Positions 19,449-27,662 of a stretch of 64,000 nucleotides of DNA are shown here, one piece after another. The position numbers and the translations under genes were made by a program. The notes beneath the pieces are model-generated. The model made no database searches, was not told where the DNA came from, and saw nothing but the letters and a program-made list of their open reading frames with translations. Every line of letters starts with the position of its first letter. Position 1 is the first letter of the stretch. This DNA comes from Nibricoccus sp. (GTDB lineage: Bacteria > Verrucomicrobiota > Verrucomicrobiia > Opitutales > Opitutaceae): positions 768,001 through 832,000 of the forward strand of contig JASGHG010000001.1 of NCBI GenBank assembly GCA_047602425.1, read 5' to 3'.

Positions 19449-20815
19449 GTCGCGGCCACCTCAACAGCCGCATTTGCCGCCGCCGCCCAGCGCTTTCGTT
19501 TTCGATAAAGCGTCGCAACGTCCTTGCCAAGAATCGCAGCAGCCTCCTCAAGTTTGACGGTGCGCGCAATCACCCGGCGAACGTGTTCCTGCTCGATGGC
19601 CTCGAGCGAGACCAGCGCGCCGAGTTCAACGACGCCTGACTGCGTCGAGGCAGAAAGCTCCACCGGCAAATCGCCCAGCTCCACACGGTCGCCGTGCGAT
19701 AGAATTACCGCGCGCTCGATGGCGTTTCTGAGTTCACGGAGATTTCCCGGCCAAGTGTGCGCTTTTATTGCCGCCCATGCTTCCGGGCTAAATTCTTTAA
19801 CCGCACGGCCAGCGTCGTCGGCGAAAAACCGCAGGAAGCTCAATGCCATTTTGGTAAGATCCATCGGACGCTCGCGCAGCGGTGGAACCGTCACCGATAT
19901 AACATTGAGTCTATAATATAAATCTTCGCGGAAGGCTCCCATTTTCACCGCAGCCCCTAGATCGCGATTTGTCGCGGCGATCACGCGCACGTCCGCCACG
20001 CGCGATTTGGTGTCGCCCACTCGTTCGTACGTTCGCTCTTGTAGCAGGCGCAGAAGCTTGGGTTGGAGTTCGGGCGGAAGTTCTCCGATTTCGTCGAGAA
20101 AAAGCGTGCCGCCCCGAGCCGCTTCCACTTTTCCCCACTTGTCCTTTACCGCACCGGTGAACGCACCCTGCACATGGCCGAACAATTCGCTTTCCAAGAG
20201 CTCCCGGGAAAGACTCGGGCAACTCACGGTCACGAAAGGACCATCCGCCACGGCACTGCGTTCGTGCACATGTCTCGCCAAAAGACTTTTGCCGGTGCCG
20301 TTTTCTCCCAGCACCAAAATGGTGGCGCGCGTGTTAGCTGCACGTTCCAACACCTCCACAACATTTTTCATCTTGCTGTCGACAGGCGAAAAATCCGGCG
20401 GCGGAGCGGTGCGCGTGACTTGCTCGGCCAAGCCCTCCGCTTTTTGACGAAGCCGCTGGGTGCGTTCCACGCGCTCAAGCACCGTTCGCAGCTGTTCAGG
20501 GGTGAAAGGTTTTTCCAAATAGTCCGTCGCGCCCCGGCGGATTGCTTCAACCGCGGTATGAATACTCGCATGCGCCGTGCTAATGATAATGGCAATTCCC
20601 GGGGCAATTTTTTGCAAACGCGCAATATAATCCAAGCCGTCTGCCTCGCCTTCCAAATGAAGATCGAGCACCACCAGGTCGTAGCGATCCTCTTGTAATT
20701 TCAATACAGCCACCCTGCCACTGTCAGCCATGCCCGCTTCGTGCCCTTCGGCGCGAACCGCATGAGACAATGCTATACGAATCGGTTTTTGGTCGTCGAC
20801 GATGAGAATACGCAT
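19445..20815 (-). CDS. Sigma54-dependent response regulator (NtrC/AlgB-like: REC, AAA+, Fis HTH)
   Basis: MRILIVDD, Walker A GENGTGKS, ESELFGHVQGAFTGA, Walker B LFLDEIG, FREDLYYRLNV, WPGNLREL, EAAAILG..ATLYRKRK. Confidence 0.95.
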   Translation of the reverse strand: MRILIVDDQKPIRIALSHAVRAEGHEAGMADSGRVAVLKLQEDRYDLVVLDLHLEGEADGLDYIARLQKIAPGIAIIISTAHASIHTAVEAIRRGATDYLEKPFTPEQLRTVLERVERTQRLRQKAEGLAEQVTRTAPPPDFSPVDSKMKNVVEVLERAANTRATILVLGENGTGKSLLARHVHERSAVADGPFVTVSCPSLSRELLESELFGHVQGAFTGAVKDKWGKVEAARGGTLFLDEIGELPPELQPKLLRLLQERTYERVGDTKSRVADVRVIAATNRDLGAAVKMGAFREDLYYRLNVISVTVPPLRERPMDLTKMALSFLRFFADDAGRAVKEFSPEAWAAIKAHTWPGNLRELRNAIERAVILSHGDRVELGDLPVELSASTQSGVVELGALVSLEAIEQEHVRRVIARTVKLEEAAAILGKDVATLYRKRKRWAAAANAAVEVAAT

Positions 20816-21147
20816 GCTGTGTGGAGTCCGGTCTGATCGACAGTGTTGTAGTGCCATTAATGATACATGATGCGGCGTCCGCCCGGAAACCGATGATAAA
20901 AACTGAGAACGTTTGCCGCAAAAGTCAAAAGAACGGTCCACAATTACGAACCAATCCCGCGAGTTTTTTTCCATCCCTTTGGTTTCGTATTTGCGATTGC
21001 CGTCGCTGGAATATTTTTCGCGCCGCGCAAAATTAACCGCGATCCGATTGATATTGTTCACGCTTTTTCGTGGCTCGAAATCGTGTGAATTCTGGCGCGA
21101 CGTCCCCGTCATAAAAATGACTTCTGCCTCCTCGACTTCGGAGTCGC

Positions 21148-21191
21148 TGGCAATTTGCCAAATCGAGTGAAACAAGCGCTGCAATTCGCCC
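21148..21191. promoter_or_regulatory. Candidate enhancer (UAS) pair for a sigma54 activator
   Basis: Palindrome TGGCAA-T-TTGCCA (21148-21160) and GCAATTCGC (21181-21189), cores 31 bp apart, 81 bp from the promoter GG. Confidence 0.6.
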
Positions 21192-21267
21192 GGTCAAAGC
21201 CCCCGGAAGTTCTCCTAGCCGTCTTTTAACCGTTTATGGCAAAGAGCGTTACATCTCCAACCTTGGG

Positions 21268-21284
21268 TTGGCATGCGACTGGCG
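21268..21284 (+). promoter_or_regulatory. Sigma54 (-24/-12) promoter for the rightward operon starting at 21332
   Basis: TTGGCATGCGACTGGCG: GG-N10-GC; -12 box has TGGC instead of TTGC. Confidence 0.62.
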
Positions 21285-21331
21285 TAGATCGAAAGCGAAC
21301 CCGACTCACGTTGCGAAATTTACCGACCATC

Positions 21332-22009
21332 ATGACTCGTTCTGCCCGATTCAAATCCGCGATCCACGCCTTTACCTGGTTCGTCTTCGCTCTGCTGCTC
21401 GTCGTCGACACGGCTCCCGTCCTTGCGGCCGGAGACGCCGCTGTTTCCGAACAGGATGCCGCGAAGGTTTTGCTGCAAGATTTGGACTATCAGCTCGCCC
21501 GTTTGGAAAAACTGCAGGAGAGCCTCCAAACCAAAGACGAGCGGGCGATTGCCGAAACGCGGTTGGCTGCATTCAGGGAGCGACGCATCGACCTCCGTAA
21601 AAAGTTCAATCAAGCCGGATATGAAGTGCTCAAAGCCGACGTGGCGGTGGAGCAGGCGCGCTTGTCCGCAGATATTGCCAGAGCCACGACGAGCGAGGGA
21701 ACCAGTGACGCTGTTCCACAAAAAGTCGATTTGGTACTGCCGGGAAAAATCGAAAACGTCCGCGCGGCATCGGGCGAAAAAATCAATGCACCTCAGATTC
21801 CCGCCCTGCTCGCTTCGCTCGAAACCGAAATCATCGAGCTGGAAAAAAGAGTGAATCAGATGCCCATCAGCACCGAGCGCGATGCAACAAAACGACGCGT
21901 ACAAATGCTGCGCGACCGCAGCGTGGATCTAACGACGGCCTTTGACAAAAGGCGCTATGACCTTCTCCGGGCCGACGTGAAATCCGAATGGGATACTGTC
22001 ACGCGGTGA
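21332..22009 (+). CDS. Exported hypothetical protein with a duplicated helical domain
   Basis: Signal peptide (..APVLAAG); two similar segments, ER..AETRL..FRERRIDLRKKF..YEVLKADV and ER.ATKRRV.MLRDRSVDLTTAF..YDLLRADV. Confidence 0.7.
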   Translation: MTRSARFKSAIHAFTWFVFALLLVVDTAPVLAAGDAAVSEQDAAKVLLQDLDYQLARLEKLQESLQTKDERAIAETRLAAFRERRIDLRKKFNQAGYEVLKADVAVEQARLSADIARATTSEGTSDAVPQKVDLVLPGKIENVRAASGEKINAPQIPALLASLETEIIELEKRVNQMPISTERDATKRRVQMLRDRSVDLTTAFDKRRYDLLRADVKSEWDTVTR

Positions 22010-22129
22010 CGTTCACGAACCACTCCTTGTAACCATACCGACTTACTCGACCCACGGCATTTTTTCCAACACCGCCATTCTCCCACCATTCGGCGAGCCG
22101 AGCCCCCAACCCTCCCAAAAAACATACTC

Positions 22130-22789
22130 ATGCAAGTCCTCAAAACTTCCAGCGCCGCCCCCGCCGCACACTGGGATCGCACGGCCACCCCCGCCGCCAC
22201 AAATCACAATCTGTGCGATTTCTTCATCCAGGAACTCGCCGGCACGTTCGCCAGCGCCGATGCAATTCTCGCTTCAGCTGAAGCCCTCGAAAATTGGATC
22301 CCCGCCTACCATGCCGCACTTCGAGGCACACTCGGAGAAGTGGCCAAAACCGCGCGCCACTGCCGACGCGAACTGTGCAACACCCTCGATCACCATCGTA
22401 TTCACATCTTCGCTACACCGAGCCCGGCCATCGTCGCGCTCTTGGAAACCATGGAGCCGGGACGCCGCGAAAATCTCTTCGAGCCCTGGGGCGTTTTCGG
22501 CACGCGTATGATCTCAATTTTCAGAAAGGCGGCGATGCAGATGGAACTTCAGGCATCCGACCTTTCCGAGTACGCCTACTTGCTTGGTTTGGACGCCCTG
22601 TGGGAGCCACTCCGGGAACGCGCCAACGAATGGTCGGCGTGCGCGGCACTTTTGCATTCCAAAAAGACCAGCTTCTGCGCGGAGGCTTACATGGGAGGAG
22701 CCGGCAAAGCCCTTCAAAAACCTGTTTCGAAACACAACCATAACCCACAACTAAAATCACCATGTTACGCTGGATTATCATATTCCTAG
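22130..22789 (+). CDS. Divergent ferritin-like (DUF892-related) protein
   Basis: [17 protein letters not shown].. parallels the DUF892 N-terminus; four-helix pattern ..SEYAYLLG; metal ligands poorly conserved. Confidence 0.5.
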   Translation: MQVLKTSSAAPAAHWDRTATPAATNHNLCDFFIQELAGTFASADAILASAEALENWIPAYHAALRGTLGEVAKTARHCRRELCNTLDHHRIHIFATPSPAIVALLETMEPGRRENLFEPWGVFGTRMISIFRKAAMQMELQASDLSEYAYLLGLDALWEPLRERANEWSACAALLHSKKTSFCAEAYMGGAGKALQKPVSKHNHNPQLKSPCYAGLSYS

Positions 22790-22929
22790 TCGTCGCCTTG
22801 ATCGCAGGATTGCTCGGGTTCACCGGCATTGCCGGAACCGCCGCATCCATTGCTCAGATACTCTTCTATATCTTCCTGGTCCTTCTGGTTGTCTCCCTTT
22901 TGGCCGGCGTGATCCGGGGAGGCTGGTGA
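22762..22929 (+). CDS. DUF1328 / YtjA-family small membrane protein (55 aa, not in ORF track)
   Basis: [55 protein letters not shown]. Confidence 0.92.
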   Translation: MLRWIIIFLVVALIAGLLGFTGIAGTAASIAQILFYIFLVLLVVSLLAGVIRGGW

Positions 22930-22970
22930 CCGGCCGGCCATAGCTCTGAACACAAAACCAACCAACGTTT

Positions 22971-24122
22971 ATGTCCAACTACCCTAAACTCATTTCTTTC
23001 GCGCTGACGACGTTCGCCATCGCGCTTTCCGCGCAAGCCGACTCGAAAAAGACCAAGCCCGAGACTGTCGATGAGGTTTCCGCCCAGAAGATGGGCATGG
23101 CCCACAAGAGTGGGGACATCATTGGCCTCAACGTTGATAACAACAATGGCGAGACGCTCGGCCGCGCCATGGATCTGGCCATTGATCTTACCCGCGGTAC
23201 GGTGGTTAGCGTCATTGTCGGCACTGGTGGGCTCCTGAGCAATTCGGATTACATCGCGATTCCGCCCAACCAGGTCGGCCTTGGAGCAAGCCACAAGGCT
23301 CTCATCGTGAATTCCACGCGGGAAAAACTGAAAAGCGCGCCAACCTTCAACGCCGATCAATGGCGTGAGTTCTATTCGACAAACCGTTGGACTGAGTCCG
23401 CCAAATTCTTCGACAGCCCGGATCGATTGGCGTCCGAACCCGCCAACATCCAGCGCGCGACAAAAGTCGTCGGGATGACCGTGAAGAATAAGCAGGACGA
23501 AAAAGTCGGATCGGTGGAGAACCTCATGGTCGATTTGAACAATAAAAAGATCATAGCCGTGATCGTTTCATCGGGAGGATTTTTGGGAATTGGCGACACA
23601 TTGAGCGCTGTTCCTCCCCGACTCTTTACCTGGGATGCTGAGAATAATGCGCTTCAGCTCGATACGACGAAAGAGGCGCTGCAGCAGGCCCCACATTTCA
23701 AGCAAGGCGAGTGGCCGGATTTTTCCCAAGCCGCCTATGTCGATGGCGTATACCGCGCCTACAATCTCGATGTGAACTCCGAATATAACGAAAAAAACGC
23801 AGACGCGAATAACACCGCCCGCAACACCACTCGTGATCGCGAGAGCCAAAGCATCACGCCTTTGGATCAGGGTAACAATCCCAGCGATCTTCACATCACT
23901 CAACAGATCCGCAAAGCGATCGTGGAAAACAAATCGCTCTCGCTCACGGCGCAGAACGTAAAGGTGATCACCGTCGACGGCCAGGTCACACTTCGCGGTC
24001 CGGTTCGCACCGCTGAAGAAAAACGCATCATCGGCGACATCGCCTCACGCACGGTTCCTCAAGGCAAAGTCGAAAACCAATTGGAGGTCACCCAAGCCGC
24101 CTCGTCTCTGACAGAAATGTAA
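22971..24122 (+). CDS. Exported protein with two PRC-barrel domains and a C-terminal BON domain
   Basis: Signal peptide; GDIIGLNVDNNNGETLG..DLAID and TKVVGMTVKNKQDEKVG..GGFLGIG; DQGNNPSDLHITQQIRKAI..NVKVITVDGQVTLRGPV. Confidence 0.88.
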   Translation: MSNYPKLISFALTTFAIALSAQADSKKTKPETVDEVSAQKMGMAHKSGDIIGLNVDNNNGETLGRAMDLAIDLTRGTVVSVIVGTGGLLSNSDYIAIPPNQVGLGASHKALIVNSTREKLKSAPTFNADQWREFYSTNRWTESAKFFDSPDRLASEPANIQRATKVVGMTVKNKQDEKVGSVENLMVDLNNKKIIAVIVSSGGFLGIGDTLSAVPPRLFTWDAENNALQLDTTKEALQQAPHFKQGEWPDFSQAAYVDGVYRAYNLDVNSEYNEKNADANNTARNTTRDRESQSITPLDQGNNPSDLHITQQIRKAIVENKSLSLTAQNVKVITVDGQVTLRGPVRTAEEKRIIGDIASRTVPQGKVENQLEVTQAASSLTEM

Positions 24123-24148
24123 ACCAAAACCATTAAAAAGATATAGTC

Positions 24149-24721
24149 ATGTCTAAAAAATCTGTATTCTGCATTGCGAACTCCTACGTCCAGGCCGAGC
24201 GCATCATCGACCGGCTCAAGGCGGAGAATTTCCTTCACGACGACATTTCGGTTCTATTTCCCGACAAGGAAAGCACCCGCGATTTCGCGCACACTAAAAA
24301 TACCAAGGCGCCGGAGGGAATCACCGCGGGCGCGACGACCGGCGGCGTGATCGGCGGCGCGCTCGGCTGGATTGCCGGCATCGGCGCCCTCGCCATTCCG
24401 GGCGTCGGTCCGTTTATTGCAGCCGGACCGGTTATGGCCGCGCTCAGTGGCGTGGCGGCCGGAGCGACCGTTGGCGGCATCGCGGGCGGGTTGATCGGCC
24501 TCGGCATTCCCGAGATCGAGGCAAAGCGGTACGATGGAAAAATCCGCAAAGGAAACATCCTGATCTCCGTGCACGCCGAAGATTCGAAGTCGCTCACGCG
24601 CGCAAAGGACATCTTCAGCGAACTCGGCGGCGAGGACATTTGCAGCACCAGCGAGGCCGGTGCGCCACGGCAGGACAAAGCTTCGAATCGCACCACCGTC
24701 TCCGGTCCCTCGCCGTTTTAA
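24149..24721 (+). CDS. General stress membrane protein with glycine zipper
   Basis: DISVLFPD, GGVIGGALGWIAGIGALAIPGVGPFIAAGP, GIPEIEAKRY. Confidence 0.82.
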   Translation: MSKKSVFCIANSYVQAERIIDRLKAENFLHDDISVLFPDKESTRDFAHTKNTKAPEGITAGATTGGVIGGALGWIAGIGALAIPGVGPFIAAGPVMAALSGVAAGATVGGIAGGLIGLGIPEIEAKRYDGKIRKGNILISVHAEDSKSLTRAKDIFSELGGEDICSTSEAGAPRQDKASNRTTVSGPSPF

Positions 24722-24877
24722 TCGTCCTTTCCTTTAAGTCCGTCACCCGTCGGCCAACGCTCAAACATATCGGGCATCTCCTCGGTAAAGGGATGTAGAG
24801 CGTGTCCGACGGGTGCCGGCCCGGAAGGGTCATGATATATACACTTTAAATGACTAATTATATAATTGTTACGCTAA

Positions 24878-25495
24878 GTGATTCCGCCGGGGACCGGGCT
24901 CATGGCTGACGTATCCGCACAAGCAAACCTCAATACCCCCAACCAGCACGTCGACTCGCCCGTTGCGCCCACGTGGGATGAAGCGTTTTTGAGAGTGGAA
25001 AGCTATCTGAGGGCGTACGGTCTCGAAAGCCGGATGCGTCTCAATCAAATTACTTCAGAAATCATCCAGACCGCCCAATCGATTTGGCATCATGAAAATG
25101 GTTCGTCACCGGTCCTTCTTTCAATGCAGGTGACGAGGGAAAAAATTGACGGTTGGCTGACCAAGATTGACCTGCCCCCGGAATTCACGAGCGAACGTAC
25201 CACCGCCGAAGCGCGAATCGCCCTGATCCTCGCCGATCTTCCCGGGCGCTGGTCGGACCACTTTCTCAATTCGGGAGCGCTGCCCGCACCGTTCATGAAT
25301 TCCATTGGAACGACGCGAGTCCTGCCAACTCCCGAAATGTGCGTAAGCAGCATGCCGCCCGCGCCTCTGAATCTCGGCACAGAGGGAACGGAGACTACCT
25401 TCGCGCTTCCTTCCATGAGCGGATTTCCCCACGCAGCATTAACCTGGATAACCATACTGAGTTTTTTCTGCACAGTCTGGGCGGCCAGCCACTAA
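24878..25495 (+). CDS. Hypothetical protein coupled to opgH (possible detached OpgH N-terminal region)
   Basis: WDEAFLRVESYLRA; PTPEMCVSSMPPAP; C-terminal TM; 1 nt before the opgH ATG. Start may be 24902. Confidence 0.7.
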   Translation: MIPPGTGLMADVSAQANLNTPNQHVDSPVAPTWDEAFLRVESYLRAYGLESRMRLNQITSEIIQTAQSIWHHENGSSPVLLSMQVTREKIDGWLTKIDLPPEFTSERTTAEARIALILADLPGRWSDHFLNSGALPAPFMNSIGTTRVLPTPEMCVSSMPPAPLNLGTEGTETTFALPSMSGFPHAALTWITILSFFCTVWAASH

Positions 25496-25496
25496 C

Positions 25497-27662
25497 ATGA
25501 CTGGCCTGCACGACCTCACGTTGCTACCCCGAGTCCAGGTCTCGCGCCGTCGGCACGGCGTGATCACCATTTTGCTCCTTCTCACGTGTCCGGCGGTGAT
25601 GACGATGGCCGATCTCCATTGGCGGACCGGTTACGATGGATGGAAAATTTTTCACCTCGTGCTGTTCGCCCTCCTTTTTCCCTTGGTGGCATTGGGCGCA
25701 ACGCAAGCGATCATGGGCTTCGCGATCAGACGCAAGGGCGGCGATCCATTTCAAATCGGTAATTCGATTCCGGCCGAAGGCGGTGAATTGCTCACCGCTC
25801 CGACTGCAATCGTTATGCCCATCTGCAATGAAGAGGTGGGCCGCGTCATCGATGGGCTGCGCGTCATTTACGAATCGCTGGAGAAAAGCGGCCAGATTGA
25901 ACATTATCATTTTTTCCTGCTGAGCGATTCCAGCAACACGAACCGTTGGATTGAAGAAGAGGCCGCCTGGCTTGCGTTGATCAGGAAACTCGACGCCCAT
26001 GGACGGATCTTCTACCGGAAACGCCGCCTCGGCATTAACAAAAAGGCCGGAAACCTCGCGGACTTTTGCCGGAAATGGGGGAAGCTTTACCGATACATGG
26101 TGGTTTTAGATGCGGACAGCATCATGACGTCGACCGCGATCACCCGCCTGGTGGACCTGATGGAACGCAATCGCCGCGTGGGAATCATCCAGGGCATGCC
26201 GCTGCTGGTGAATGGCGAAAGCGTGCTGGCCCGCCTTCAACAATTCGCCAGCCGGCTCTATGCTCCCGTCGGCGCGGCCGGCCTCAATTTCTGGTGCTTG
26301 AGCGAAGCCAATTATTGGGGACACAACGCCATTATCCGGCTCGCGCCTTTCATTCGTCATTGTTCCCTGCCCTCTTTGCCGGGCGATGGACCGTTCGGCG
26401 GAAGAATTCTCAGTCATGACTACGTCGAGGCCGCGCTCATGCGGCGCGCAGGCTGGCAGGTATGGCTGGCGCCCGACATCGACGGCAACTATGAGGAGTG
26501 TCCGCCTTCGATCATCGATCTGGCCCAGCGAGATCGGCGTTGGCTTCAGGGTAATCTGCAACACGCGCGGCTGATCTTCGCCAAAGGATTTCACATCGTA
26601 AATCGGATCCATTTTATACTCGGAATACTCTCCTACCTTGCGTCGCCCTTGTGGCTCGCGTTGGTCATCGCGTCGACGGTCATTGCCGCGAATATTGCCT
26701 CCAACGGTCTTGCGCTGCGCCCCGTGGCGAGTTTCGCCCAATATCTTCACTGGAGTTATACTCAGCAGGCGGTTTGGCTCTTTATATATACCATGGGGCT
26801 TCTATTTTTGCCGAAATTTCTTGCGCTATGGGATCTTCGAAAACGCGTTTCCGAGATTGAAGGTTTTGGCGGATGGGGCGCCGTACTCAAAAGCGTGGTT
26901 TTGGAAACCCTCGTATTCACCCTGCTCGCGCCTGTGCTCATGCTTTTCCACACGTGGTTCATTTTCAATACCCTGAGCGGTCAAAAGGTTTCCTGGGGCG
27001 CGCAGCGCAGAGGCGGCGACTCGGCTTGGGCCGAGTCTTGGGCGGCCCATGGACTACAAACCTTTCTGGGGCTGGCCGCGGCCTTCGTGGTTATACAAAT
27101 CAATCTGACGCTGGCCGCCTGGATGGCACCGATGTTGCTCGGTCTTATATTCTCAATACCGCTCTCATATATTACAGGCTCGGTGCGTCTAGGAAAAATG
27201 CTCAGACAATATGGCTATTTTCAAACCACCGAAGAAACACAACCGCTGCCGGAAATATCCCAACTGGCGAGCATGCGGGCTTCGCGGGACAATGGAACTC
27301 CGCCGGCAGGAATCTTGCAGCCACACTACGGATTGCTTCAAGCCGTGCTCGACCCCTACGTCAACGCCGCGCACGTGTCACTCCTCCGCTCAAAGGATGA
27401 TCCGCCCGCGAAATCCCGCGAACGGTTTCAATTTTTGCGAGCGCTCTTGATCGATGAGGGCCCCCAAGCGCTGACTCATCACGAGCGATTATCCCTGCTG
27501 CTCGATGCGGAATCGATGCATACGCTGCACCACGAAATATGGTCGCTGCCGTCCTCGCAGCTTGCGGATTGGTGGAAACTGGCCCTTCAGCACTATGCCT
27601 ACGTAGCTCCGCCGCCGGTGACACCTTTTACCGCCGCTGCCGAACCAAGCCCAACAGGTTAA
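25497..27662 (+). CDS. mdoH: Osmoregulated periplasmic glucan glucosyltransferase OpgH/MdoH (GT2)
   Basis: MPICNE, LSDS, KAGNLADFC, VLDADSIM, NYWGHNAIIR, ILSHDYVEAALMRRAGW, RDRRWLQGNLQH. Confidence 0.95.
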   Translation: MTGLHDLTLLPRVQVSRRRHGVITILLLLTCPAVMTMADLHWRTGYDGWKIFHLVLFALLFPLVALGATQAIMGFAIRRKGGDPFQIGNSIPAEGGELLTAPTAIVMPICNEEVGRVIDGLRVIYESLEKSGQIEHYHFFLLSDSSNTNRWIEEEAAWLALIRKLDAHGRIFYRKRRLGINKKAGNLADFCRKWGKLYRYMVVLDADSIMTSTAITRLVDLMERNRRVGIIQGMPLLVNGESVLARLQQFASRLYAPVGAAGLNFWCLSEANYWGHNAIIRLAPFIRHCSLPSLPGDGPFGGRILSHDYVEAALMRRAGWQVWLAPDIDGNYEECPPSIIDLAQRDRRWLQGNLQHARLIFAKGFHIVNRIHFILGILSYLASPLWLALVIASTVIAANIASNGLALRPVASFAQYLHWSYTQQAVWLFIYTMGLLFLPKFLALWDLRKRVSEIEGFGGWGAVLKSVVLETLVFTLLAPVLMLFHTWFIFNTLSGQKVSWGAQRRGGDSAWAESWAAHGLQTFLGLAAAFVVIQINLTLAAWMAPMLLGLIFSIPLSYITGSVRLGKMLRQYGYFQTTEETQPLPEISQLASMRASRDNGTPPAGILQPHYGLLQAVLDPYVNAAHVSLLRSKDDPPAKSRERFQFLRALLIDEGPQALTHHERLSLLLDAESMHTLHHEIWSLPSSQLADWWKLALQHYAYVAPPPVTPFTAAAEPSPTG

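Noticed and set aside
20816..21184. N-terminal extension of the sigma54 activator in the ORF track
   Set aside because: Not protein-like and covers the divergent regulatory region; the receiver begins at MRILIVDD (20815)
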